64,000 nucleotides of DNA from Selaginella moellendorffii. Lineage: Eukaryota; Plantae; Lycopodiophyta. The position numbers were made by a program, and so were the translations under genes. Under the pieces are notes generated by a model that made no database searches, was not told the origin of the DNA, and saw nothing but the letters and a program-made list of their open reading frames with translations. The stretch is taken from assembly GCF_000143415.4 (NCBI RefSeq), contig NW_003314290.1, positions 921,586-985,585 of the forward strand, read 5' to 3'. The stretch's first letter is position 1, and each line of letters begins with the position of its first letter. Positions 47,753 through 58,689 of the stretch are shown here, one piece after another.

Positions 47753-49459
47753 TTAGCTCGAACCATGGGAGCTCGAGTCTGGCGATGATTCCAGCGCTGA
47801 GTCTTTGACACTCGCAAGCAATCGTCTCAAACGATCCTGCCTGGAGGCTCTCTCTGGAGAAAAGATGATCCCACTCCAAGCGCTAGCAGCCAGATCATCA
47901 CTTGGATCATCCCGCGACCCCGCAAAGAGCTCAAGAATGCTGCCCGCGTTCTCGTTGATCCCGGCCAGCTTCTTCACGGATTGGAACGCTGCCGGATCCA
48001 CCAACAGCTTGCTGCAGCGGCTGAGATCGTCCTTCCAGCCGATAAGTTCCGCTGGCTCCCCGACTTTGTTGGTCGTGTAGATCTTCGCGTTGTCCACCAG
48101 CTCGCAGTACTTCTCCAATGATCCTGCGAAGAGTTTGTGTGATCGCAGCTGGCCTTTGATCGGAACCGCTCTCTTGGTGATTATAGCACGGCGGATGCCC
48201 CGTTCCACGGCTAGAACCGGCTCACAAGTCACTCCCACCAATTCGATCCTGTATGGTCTCCTGTTTTTTCGAGCGAACTTCTCGCTACTGGCATTGCCAA
48301 GTTCTCGCTTTTCCGGATCAAGTTCTCGTTCCTGTTCTTCGAAGTTCTTGAGTTCCTGTCCCTGATCTTGTTTTTCTCCCTGTTCTTCCTCCTCTGGATC
48401 AACCGGAACCCAGTACTCCTCGACCACAGTTCCATCCTCGGACTTCACATATCCTGGTCCCATCCTGTATCTCCGGTTGTGAACATCTCTGGCCATGGCG
48501 ATAGTCTGCGCTACAAACGGCTCCCAACTCATCGTCCCGTCGAAGATCACGTCCCTACCATCGTTGAGCGCCGAGACGAGCAGCGACGACGCCGCCATCG
48601 TCGAGGAGCTGTGGACGAGCTCGGAAGCCATGGCGATATCACCACCATCGCCACGGTCCGACGAACTTATCGTTCTATACACCACGTCCGTCTCTTTGAA
48701 AGCATCGGCTTCCACCACCACCGTGTCCTGGACCACGCCCGACCAGAAAGAACCAGCGAGGATCTCTTTCACCACCGTGCTCTTCCCGGCTCCCATTCCA
48801 CCCCCGATGAACAGAAGAACCGGGCTCCGGTGCTTTGATTCCGCTGGAACCACAACCTCGCCTTCCCTGGGAACTCTCGAATCCTTGGAGATCGATCCCA
48901 TCGCCTTGAGCGTCTCGAGCAGCGTCGAGATCGTCCTCTTGGCCCTGAGCCCGGCCATGATCTTCTGGAACCTCTCCTTCCTGGTCGCGGCCAGGACGGC
49001 GTGCCGGAGCGAATTCCTCCTCATCCCAGGGCGGCTATGGCCGTCGCGGACCTGATCCAGGAGCTGCGAGGGGTGGTGCCAGTGGAAGGCGAAGTAGGAG
49101 ATCATGCAAGCGTCCAGCTCCCGGACGATCTCGCGATGCAAGTCCAGCATCACCGCCTCGTCGTCTGGATCGGCGCCAACCTTGCTGAGGAAGACGAGGA
49201 TTCCTTCCAGGCTGTGATCTGAGCTGCTCTTGTCCCCGGCGAGGTAATCCATCGCGACCTCGGCCAGGCGCCGAGCAATGGCGCTCCCCTTGCGCAGCCC
49301 GAGCTGCCGCGCGACGTAATCCCCGAAGAGCTCCATAGATTTGACGATCCCGGAGCTGTTGAATGCGATCTCTGCGGCCAAGCTCTCATACCTGTGCGTG
49401 ATCTTGTGGCTCCTCCAGTGGCTGTGGTGCTCCATCGCGTGGAAAATCCCTCCCAGCAT
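47753..49459 (-). CDS. Calmodulin/Ca2+-dependent NAD kinase (NADKc, zeta-toxin-like P-loop)
   Basis: YVARQLG, YFAFHW, SPVLLFIGGGMGAGKST, VEADAFKETD, DVIFDGTMSW, YRMGPGY, YRIELVGV, QLRSHKLF. The N-terminus may extend into an upstream exon. Confidence 0.88.
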   Translation of the reverse strand: MLGGIFHAMEHHSHWRSHKITHRYESLAAEIAFNSSGIVKSMELFGDYVARQLGLRKGSAIARRLAEVAMDYLAGDKSSSDHSLEGILVFLSKVGADPDDEAVMLDLHREIVRELDACMISYFAFHWHHPSQLLDQVRDGHSRPGMRRNSLRHAVLAATRKERFQKIMAGLRAKRTISTLLETLKAMGSISKDSRVPREGEVVVPAESKHRSPVLLFIGGGMGAGKSTVVKEILAGSFWSGVVQDTVVVEADAFKETDVVYRTISSSDRGDGGDIAMASELVHSSSTMAASSLLVSALNDGRDVIFDGTMSWEPFVAQTIAMARDVHNRRYRMGPGYVKSEDGTVVEEYWVPVDPEEEEQGEKQDQGQELKNFEEQERELDPEKRELGNASSEKFARKNRRPYRIELVGVTCEPVLAVERGIRRAIITKRAVPIKGQLRSHKLFAGSLEKYCELVDNAKIYTTNKVGEPAELIGWKDDLSRCSKLLVDPAAFQSVKKLAGINENAGSILELFAGSRDDPSDDLAASAWSGIIFSPERASRQDRLRRLLASVKDSALESSPDSSSHGSS

Positions 49460-49825
49460 TTCGGATGTCCTGTCTATTCAATCGAGAACCCTAAGGACAT
49501 TCGTACACAGATTTGGTCCATGCCGTACCAGAGCCCAGTTGGCTCGTTTAAATACAGGGAATGGCGGGGTGAAAGCTAGGGCCTTTTTCTCAGCGCCAAG
49601 CCGAGGCGCCTGCGCGGCGGCGACGATCGATCGGCGATGGCGAGCCTCGACTTCCAATCTATGCTTCTGGATGTGATGCGGGATGAAGATCAGCGGCGGC
49701 GGCGGCAGGAGCAGCAGCCGCCAGTGGCGGAAGGCTGCAAGGTAATCTCTCTTTGCGCGGATCGATTTCCTTCTCTTTTCCCTCCCGCGCACCGATGCCC
49801 GCATTCTCTAGCAGAAATATCAGCT

Positions 49826-50100
49826 TATCGATCGGTTCTTTCCTTCTCGCCGCACCGATCGATTTCTATCCGAAATATCGCAGCTGTCGATCGGTTCTTT
49901 CCTTGTCGCCGCAGTCCCTTGCATCTCTCTGTGCGCCGATCGATTTCTTTCCCTCCTCGCAGCGGCCGATCGGTTCTTTCCTTTTAGCGGCATTCTCTTC
50001 TAGTCTTGCATCTCTCTTTGCGCCGATCGATTTCTTTCCCTCCTGACAGATCCATCCGCAGCTATCGATCGGTTCTTCCCTCTTAGCGACATTCTCTTCA
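49826..50100. repeat. Degenerate tandem repeats rich in gatcgat/ggttctttcc
   Basis: Recurring cgatcggttctttcctt and gcgccgatcgatttctttccctcct units. Confidence 0.7.
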
Positions 50101-50715
50101 TATTATGGCATTTGATGAGCGTCATTCTCGATTGTTCTTTCGGTGTTTGCGGGAAATTTCGATCGAAATATCTAAGCGCTCTTGCGATCGTCCTCAATCC
50201 ATAGATGCATATCGGTCGTGCGTTCGTCTTATAGCTCATCGGTCGACCCAAGCTAGAGATCCTTTTAGCTGCCTTTCATTTTGGCAATGAGCACGCTCTA
50301 GTCGTTCTTCCCGTTGGCAATGGCCACTCCACCGAGCGCTCTAGTTTTTCTTCCCGGATCATCGCCTCATCGATCTGGAAGAGATCACCATTCCATGACT
50401 GACGTTTTGGCCATAGGAGGAGGACGAGGACACTAAGAAGGAGCCGGAGCCGCCCAGCGATCCCGAGAGTTCCAAAGCGCCAGCGCCACCAGCGCCGCCC
50501 GGCGAATCGCAGCAGGAAGCCAAGGCGAAGGAAGCCGAGAAGAATCCCCCGGATTGGTTCGAATGGTTCGTGTGGGCTCTGTGACTCGAAAGAAATAAAA
50601 GGAGAAGGAAGTGACTAGGTATGGATCAGCCACGTGTCGTGCCACATCGGGCTAGTGTGACAACTGGACATATGCGGTGGCACCCGCGAATATAAGAATA
50701 TCCTCCAAGTTTATC

Positions 50716-50850
50716 AAATATCATGGCTAGTCAACGCGCTTCCACGAATCCAGGGAACTCAAATATTATGGCTAGTCAACGCGCTTCCACGAATTCAGGG
50801 AACTCAAATATTATGGCTAGTCAACGCGCTTCCATGAATTCAGGGAACTC
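50716..50850. repeat. 45-bp tandem repeat x3, each unit carrying a W-box and a CGCG box
   Basis: aaatat(c/t)atggctagtcaacgcgcttcca(c/t)gaat(c/t)cagggaactc at 50716, 50761 and 50806. Confidence 0.95.
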
Positions 50851-51097
50851 GCCGCTCACGCTGTGACGTAGACACTTATTACACGTCCCATAACACACGA
50901 ATTTCTGGCTTGCACAAGTGTTGTTTGATCGTGAATTTGTCGGTGTTGTGTTATGGAGTCAGTGCTGGAAGATACAATCGTTTTCCAGTCTTCTTGTTCT
51001 CGAGCTGGCGATCAACCACGACACAAAGAATAAGATTTTCTTCACCTTGTCATGGTGACAAAACGCTCCTGTAGAGTCTACTCCACACGGCCACACC

Positions 51098-52654
51098 TCA
51101 CGAAAGCTCCAGCCGCGGCCTCACACTGACGCGCAGCGGCACAGTCCGGAAGCAAGCCAGACCCGTCGTCTCGGACATGTCGATCTCGGACACATCCACC
51201 CCCGGCGGCGGCCTCCACTCGAATCTGTGCAAGAGATAGGCCAGCGTGAGGCTGACATGAAGCAGCGCCAGGTTGATCCCCGCGCACCTCCTCCGCCCGG
51301 ACGAGAACGGGATGAGCTCAAAGTGCTGGCCTAGCAAGTTGTGGCAGCTGCCGAGGAACCGCTCCGGCCGGAACTCGTGCGCTCTCTCCCACGAGCTCGG
51401 GTCCCGGCAGATCGCCCAGATGTTTACGTGGAGCGTCGAGTTGGCCGGGATGGTGTAGCCGGCCAGCGAAACCGGGCATGAGTTGAAGTGTGGGAGGCCC
51501 AGAGGCGCGGCCGGGTGGAGCCGCATTATCTCCTTGACGAGCGCCTGGATGTACGGCAGGCCCGAGAGGTCCGACTCCTGAACGTATCGCTCACGGCCCA
51601 CGACCCGGTCGAGCTCTTCCTGTGCTCGCCGCTGGACTTCCGGGTGGCGGACCAGCTCCGAGAAGCCCCACTCGAGCGTGGATCTCGTCGTGCCGGTGCC
51701 GGCAAGGAGCATGTCCTGGAAAGCCAATCTTTAGAACTAAACTTTCCTTTCTGGAGCGCTTTTGTCTACCTGGATAATTGCCACAATCTCATCGTTGGAA
51801 AGGCTCTTTTGATCGTTGAGTGCCACCATTACGTCCACGAAGTCTCTCGGCTTGTCGCGCCTGAGCTGCTTGCGGCGCTCCTCGATGACGGAATTCAGAA
51901 GGCCTTGCAACGCGGGGATGATTGTTTTTCTTATCCTCTGGTCCTTGCCTCGCAGCCGATCCAGCCAGTGCAGTGCTGGGATGTAGTCCCCGAGGTAGAT
52001 CTTGCCGCTCTCCTGTGTGAGCATGCCCCAAGTTGCACGGTACGCTGCTGCCTCTGCCACAGGAGGCAGGTCGCTGGTGTAGAACTTTTTCCCGAAGAGG
52101 ACGCTGCTCATGAGATTTGTAAGCAGCTCCTGGAAGCAGACGCTGAGGTTCACTTCCTCTCCGGCGGCAGCCCGCATTGCAATGTTGTTGCAAAAGTCAT
52201 GCAGCTCCGCCTTTCTTATCCCCCCGAACATGTTCACCTTGGAAGCTGTGAAAAGCTCCGTGCTGCATATCTTTCTCAGGTTCTTCCATCTGCCGCCATA
52301 AGGCGCGAACACCAAGTCTTTGAAATTCTGGCTGATGTGCTTGAATGGTGTCGAGTAGCGAGGCCGACTGGCGAACTGCACATCGTGTTCCCGGAACACC
52401 GCCCTGGCCACCTCCGGACTGCTGATCACTACCGTCGCCCTGCTTCCCATGTTGAGATAAACAATCGGTCCATACTTGGTGGCAAGCTCTGCGAAGCTGC
52501 GGTGAAGATTGCGCCTGGAGACGCAGAACAAGCACCCCACAATCGGCCATCCCCACGGCCCCGGCGGTAGCTTCTGCCAATGCCTGTAGACATTCCCAAG
52601 ACTTGCTAGGAGAGCACCGGCAGCAGCAACACATAGCCAGCCTATCCAGAACAT
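51098..52654 (-). CDS. Cytochrome P450, A-type (CYP71 clan), 2 exons
   Basis: Membrane anchor, LPPGPWGWP, WKNLRK, EIMR, PERF, heme motif FSSGRRRCAG; single 54-nt intron 51769-51716. Confidence 0.95.
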
Positions 52655-53413
52655 CTTGTTCACGTTTTTAAGTGCCCGCGGTCAGAAGAGACGAAACGGA
52701 ATCCAAAGAATGCCCGCTGTTCACAAATGAGCCTCTATAAATATTCCGGTTTACCTCTAGGTGCCGCTGTAGCTTTTGAGACTGCCAAACCACTGGCGTT
52801 TTTTGTTGCACGACAATGCCTCCAAAGAGAGAAGCTTCCAAGCTATCTTCGTCGTCCACTTCGCGAAAAAATCATTTTAATAACATAGTGGATACTCAAT
52901 TATTCGATGCTCCACCTCGAGATGGAAGAAAGAGCCCGTCATTCGCTCCTGCCAAAAACGATTTAACTCGCCTGATATCGTCAAAAGAAACCGGCTTACC
53001 TGTCCGGTGGTTGGATAGGTACAGCTTGTTAGCCGAACAGCCACTAAACCATTTCAAATTGACGCGGCTAAGTCGGTGATGAGCAGATTTTTCCAGAGAG
53101 ATACTTCTCTACAAGATGTGACATGATCTTTGAAACTGAAAGGGGACTTGCACTTTCCTGCAATCGAAACAAATGTCGGCGCAAGTGAGGACACTAAAGT
53201 ACCTAAGCATTACCTTGACAAATCGCTGGAACCTTTTTCCGAAAGTGAACTGAAAATTAAAGATTTGCCCGGTGAAATCGGCCATGAACTCAACCATTTC
53301 AAGAGGAAACAATTTCCAAAACCGTTTCCAGATCCAGTAAGTTCTAGTTTGTGGAGGCTCCACACTCCGCAAATGTTCTACAGAACTGTTCCCTGAAAGC
53401 GAAAGTGATCTTA

Positions 53414-55195
53414 CTAAGCAGAAGATGTTGCCACCGCCACTTCGCTGTCTGGAAGACCACCCCATTCCGTCCAAGAGCCATCATAAACAGGTACATTGGC
53501 AACGCCAAGTTGATAGAGGGCCTACATCACATTATTTAGAATTGGAGGATTCTGGAGAACCGAAAAAGTAAAAGATCTTACCAAAGCAAGGATGCAAGCA
53601 GTAACGCCAGTTCCACAAGATGCCACTACAGGAACTTCCAGGTTCAATCCTACACCGAAACGTAATTATTGAGGTGAACTTTCAAAGATTACAATACCCG
53701 CATCTTCAAATGTCTTTTGAAGAGCATTAATAGGTAAAAGCATTCCTTCCTGATTCAAGACCTGCAGTCACACCTATCGATTAAGAGAGAAACAAAATAC
53801 AATGTAAAACAAATCGGTACCTCTGTGAAAGGTATACATTTACTTCCAGGCACATGACCTGCTCGGATACCCTTTCTTGGCTCACTTGCAGCACCATAAA
53901 ATCTAAACAAAAGATATAAAACGGAACCCGAGTCAGACTTCACCTTGGTTTACTGCGAGCATCAATATGCTGAAATGTCCTCTCTTCGACATTTTTCTTC
54001 ACCTATTGTTGAACATTAAAAGTCAAATATTTTAATAGTCGCCGATAGATACCTGTTCTAGGGACCACACCAGACTCTGCTGGAATGACGTTTTGAAACC
54101 TCCAACTCCAGCCTTGACAACAAAGCATAAGCGTTTGATGAGAAAAACAACCTGTGGTTACCTGTGGTTTTCGAACTGCTGCAACAGATGCCTCAATCTT
54201 GGACAAGGCCCCCGCCGGGACGGACGAGTCTACGGGATAAGAAGAGGCAAGCCATTTTGGTAAGCCTCCGTCCAGCACATAGACGTTCTTGTGACCGAAA
54301 ACTCTGAACATCCTTGACAATCACGAATAACAAAGCTCAATGCGAAGAAACCGAAAGTGGAAAGGTGATAAGGCATCATACCACCATACGCGTGCCGAAC
54401 TGAAGATGCCTTTTCCATCATATGCAACTATTGTATCCGTGTTTTGGAGATCCAAAGCTGACAAAGCAGCAGCAAAGGCTGTCTCCACAGGAAGCATATG
54501 AGGAAGCTGCAAGGCGGCATTTCGAGACAACTTGACGAGCCGAAAAATCAATGCAAAGGCACTCACATCCACTTTATCGTCCACAATTCCATCGATATCA
54601 AAGAATAAAGCCCCCGGAATACGACACTTCTGCATTCCAGCATTAGTGCAGAGAATCTGTGCTCTCATGAAATGCGCACCTTGAACTCTTCCAGAGGATT
54701 GCGTTGCTCAGCCGGCATGTACCAGGATGCGTCCAAGACCTGCGTGAAAAAAACCAAAGTTAGCATAAAAAGAACAAAATTTCATTGAGTACCAAACCTT
54801 GACATGAGGTAGATTTAGATTCTGGTGAAGCCATTCCACAGACACGATCGCGCTTTTAGATTTCTCGATGCTCATCTTGTCGCTAAAAGAACTTCCAGCA
54901 TGCAATGTACTAGCCATCACACGCGAGCTCCGAAAAAATCCACGCTGCTCGATAGCAGAGATTTTCAAGCTAGATGGAGCTGGTACTACGGCTGCCTGGT
55001 CAGATCTCGACATTTCAAACACTAGCAGCAAATGGTAAGAAAGACTGAAGGAAAAGAGGGATTACGAGATCGCGAGAGACAAGAAGAGATCACAACGCAA
55101 GGATTCAATACCTTCGAGAGGAAATTCGCGGAGACACCTCCGAATCGATGAGCGCCTCGCCAAGCGCCAGCGGCCCATCTCACGCTCGTAGCCAT
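53414..55195 (-). CDS. 3-mercaptopyruvate/thiosulfate sulfurtransferase (two-rhodanese STR1/MST1-like), multi-exon
   Basis: VSVEWLH, VLDASWYMP, IPGALFFDID, LPHMLP, VLDGGLPKW, GHVPG, active site SCGTGVTAC, YDGSWTEWG; presequence-like N-terminus. Confidence 0.94.
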
Positions 55196-55256
55196 ATGCA
55201 AAGACGAGCCCTAACTCTGACCTAGAAAATATTTTCTTCTATTTGAGCTTACGGCG

Positions 55257-55902
55257 ATGGCGCTAAGCAAGGCGAAGGACATTGTGGCGCACAATCCTCT
55301 CGTTGTCTTCAGGTACGTCGATCGATCGATCGGTCATCGAATTTTTCATGACGATGATCTTGCCAAGGTTTTCTTCTCGCTTCTTGGTTGATTAGCTTGC
55401 TCTATATTGCCGCAGCAAGACGTATTGCCCCTTCTGTGTCAAAGTAAAGGAGCTCTTTTCCAGCATTGGAGCGCAACCTAAAGTCGTGGAGCTCGACTCA
55501 GAGGGTAAAGATTCGTTTTTTCCTTGCGCATTTCCTTGTTCTTCGTCTCTCTCAATCTGCCAATCCATTCCAATGGTTCCATCGAAATTCCAAATCCTTT
55601 GCATGGTTTCACTTCTTTTTGTCCTCGCAAATCCTTCGACGATTGATGGCTCTTTTCCTTCTCTCCAGCCGATGGAGCCGATTTACAGGCAGCACTGGCC
55701 GAATGGACTGGACAAAGAAGCGTTCCCAGCGTTTTCGTGGGTGGAAAACACGTCGGTGGCTGCGATGGTACGTAAAAATCACTCGAAACTGTGAGCTAGA
55801 AAACTTGCCTCTTTGATTCCAGATACTACTAAAAAACACAACAGCGCAGCTAGTTCCAATGCTCAAGGACGCCGGACTGCTCAAGTAAAACTCCGATTCT
55901 AG
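55257..55902 (+). CDS. Class I glutaredoxin (CPFC, GRXC2-like), 4 exons; last exon apparently frameshifted
   Basis: VVFS|KTYCPFC, ELD, WTGQRSVPSVFVGGKHVGGCD. The conserved end QLVPMLKDAGLLK* (stop at 55888) is out of frame after 55846. Confidence 0.9.
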
Positions 55903-56046
55903 AGGCCAGTTCTTCGATCTCATCTCTTTTTCTCATTTTTGTGCTTTCCTTTCATCCATCTCATAAGTTAGCTATAGAACTTTAGGAGTACCTTCACACT
56001 GTTCTTGCACGAGCTGTGCGTTGCAAGTCGAATCTCCGCTCCTTGT

Positions 56047-57856
56047 TTATCTGAAAGCCTTTCGCAGCTGTTCGTGAGAAACGTAGCCGTGATGCTCCGG
56101 TTTAACTTCCGGCTTGGCAATCGCCGGCGGCATCACAAACTTCCGCCGGTTAGCGATCTCCTGCCTGCTAGCCTCGGGGCTCAGCTTTGAGAGCCCGTGC
56201 CTCGGTGTTGGGAGTGAGAACCTCTTCCTCTTCTCGTCCAGTGCTTGATCGTAAGTTACGGGCCTCTGCTTGGGAGTGCTAGAGGACCTCGTCTTTGCTT
56301 TAGCCGATTGAGTCTGGTTCATGTAGCTGGGCCTGCACTTTGGATCTTCCGGGGTAGCACCCGGGCGAATGTTGGAGTTGGAATTTGTGTGCTGGGCCCT
56401 GGAAGAGAGCACGCGAGGCGCCAGTAAAATCGATCGCGGGGTACCTCTCGACGAAGGCGGGGGACTGCCACCCTCCGAGTGCCTGTCCGAGTATATGGAC
56501 GAAAACTTGAAGCTGTCCTGCGACGGGTACGCTCTGTGCACTGGTCCTGAGTTTCTTGACGTCGCATTGTTGGTTCTGGCAGTGGTCCCGCTGGGCTTGT
56601 GGAATCCATCCGCACAGCGAGCAGCGTGGACGTTGTTTTCTTTGCCACTGCTCTGCTGCTTCTCCTGGTTAGCCAGTATTCGATTCTCCCACGGCTTGGC
56701 TGCCATCCAGCGCTCCAGCCAGCTCCATCCCCAATGGTTCTTTTCGGGTTCACTGCCGATGTACATTCCAGAGCTTGGCTTCGAGTTGGGCCTCCACTGC
56801 AGAAACCCGACAATTGATTCCCGACGGAACACAGTTTTCTTCACGTACCTGGTGAGAGAATGCATAGGCCAGTGCTCGTTCTCGCTTGACGGCTGCTTCT
56901 TGCTTTTGAAAAAGCTTCGCTTCGATCTCCTCTTTGGTACCATGGCAAGCACACCACCCGAGCTGCAAGAGAAAGAGGAATTTGTAAGTGAGAAATAAGA
57001 AAAGGATAAACTGGCAAATGTACCTCGGCCTGGTGACGCTGAGCTTCAAGCATCCGACGCTGCTCGATCCGCCATCTCACTTGCTGGCCCTCCTCAGACA
57101 TCCGGACCTGGCGAGCTCGGACTCGGGCCTGGACACGGACGAGCGCTTGCATGCAACGCAGTGTCACAGCCGCCTGCTTTCGAACCAGGTGGCCGCGGAC
57201 TAAAGCTTGGAGCCTGACAAGGCCTTTGAGAGCACGTAAAGCTCTTCTCGACTGCCAACCAGATAAAACGAACGCTTACATCAGTGACAGAGCTCCAAGC
57301 TGTCGCATACGATCTATCTGCGAGAAATGCTTACCAGAAAGCTGCGAAAGGCTGATTGAATCCGGATAGCGGCCCATTCCTCTCTAACAGTCCTGAAAGC
57401 GATGTGGGATTTATTGTTGGTACTTACCCCGAGACGTGCCATCGCCGCGGCGGCGTTAGCGGCAGCGGCAGCAGCCTCTGCGGCGACCGCCGCCGCCGCC
57501 AGGGCTTGCTGCTGCTGCTGGGAGCGATGGCCAAGCGATTCAACATCCACATCGTCCTGGATGGGATTTCGATGCTGATGATAGGATGAGCGCGTCTCTC
57601 GAATCACCTGGCTGATAACTTGATCGTGCAATGCCGCTGCCGTATCGCCGCCCTTGCGATCGTGCTCGCCTTGCTTCCACAAACCCCATCTCTTGGACGG
57701 CTTGTCCGCTTTCTTCTGGATGGAAGGAATGTCAGATATTTAGATCTTTACAGAGATTGCGCATACCTGATCCTCCGCCAGGGATCTGGAGCTGCTGTTG
57801 TTGCTGGATTTCTTCACGCCGATAAAGCTCTTGAACCATCTGCTAGACGCGCCCAT
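56047..57856 (-). CDS. IQ67-domain (IQD) calmodulin-binding protein, multi-exon
   Basis: [29 protein letters not shown]|[61 protein letters not shown]. Confidence 0.95.
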
Positions 57857-58689
57857 TGTGGATATTTCGGCAGCTAGAAGCGCCTCTCGAGCTATTTGGT
57901 CCACGGCCGCTGCTAGAATGGAGCTCGCATCTGGAAAACTCACAGGAATGGGGCAAACAGCTCGATATTATTGCTGGCGCCTTGGCCAGAACGAAGAACA
58001 AAGCCTTGGAGAAAAGCGATGGAGAATAGAATGGATGGAATAGGGCGAAGCGTGAGAGGAATAACCCAAAGAGCGTGACGAGGAGAAATAGAGCGGGATC
58101 AAAGAGCGTTTGAATGAATGGACAACTGCGTGGGACCTTGCGTCCACAGCGCAATGAAGACGTCCATCCAGTAAACGCAAGACGCGTGGCACATTTTGCC
58201 GGCGTGAGCTCAGACAAGGTTAACTGTGCCGCCAGGTGGTGGTGTCCGAGTGGCTGTCGGTAAAAGGAGTTGAAACGGGACAACGAGCGGGAAGCGCGGG
58301 ATGTTGTTTGAAAACTTTTAGGTTGTTAACCAGAATTATTAGAACTGTGATTGCTTGGTAGCACCATCTTAGATTAGTACTTATGCTGCCCAATTAGCAA
58401 ACACTATTTTGATTATCATTATTACATTGAAAATTAAATTGAAATAGTATTAAAACAACAATATTATATTAAACTTTGAAAGAAGAATTGAAAAAGTAAC
58501 TATAAGCATATGTTTTTTCATAAAAAGTTATCATATTCCTTGAAAGGAATTATAAGATCTCCATTGCAAAAAGTTGAATGTTAATGCCAATCAATACTTT
58601 GTATGTTACATGTGTCATAGTGCTTTCTTTTCTTGCCTCAAGCAATTGGCCACCTCCTAATTAGCTAAAAGCAGACATTAATGTCATTA

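Noticed and set aside
47753-49459. Zeta toxin / toxin-antitoxin system
   Set aside because: Motifs match the plant CaM-dependent NAD kinase family, which has a zeta-toxin-like fold; no antitoxin is present.
50716-50850. CRISPR-like array
   Set aside because: Head-to-tail repeats with no unique spacers, no cas genes, eukaryotic context.
17572-55902. Mineral-nutrition gene cluster (BOR, LPA1, SULTR, MST) with scattered P1BS (GNATATNC) motifs
   Set aside because: The genes are interspersed with unrelated housekeeping genes, and a motif with six fixed bases is expected many times by chance in 64 kb.
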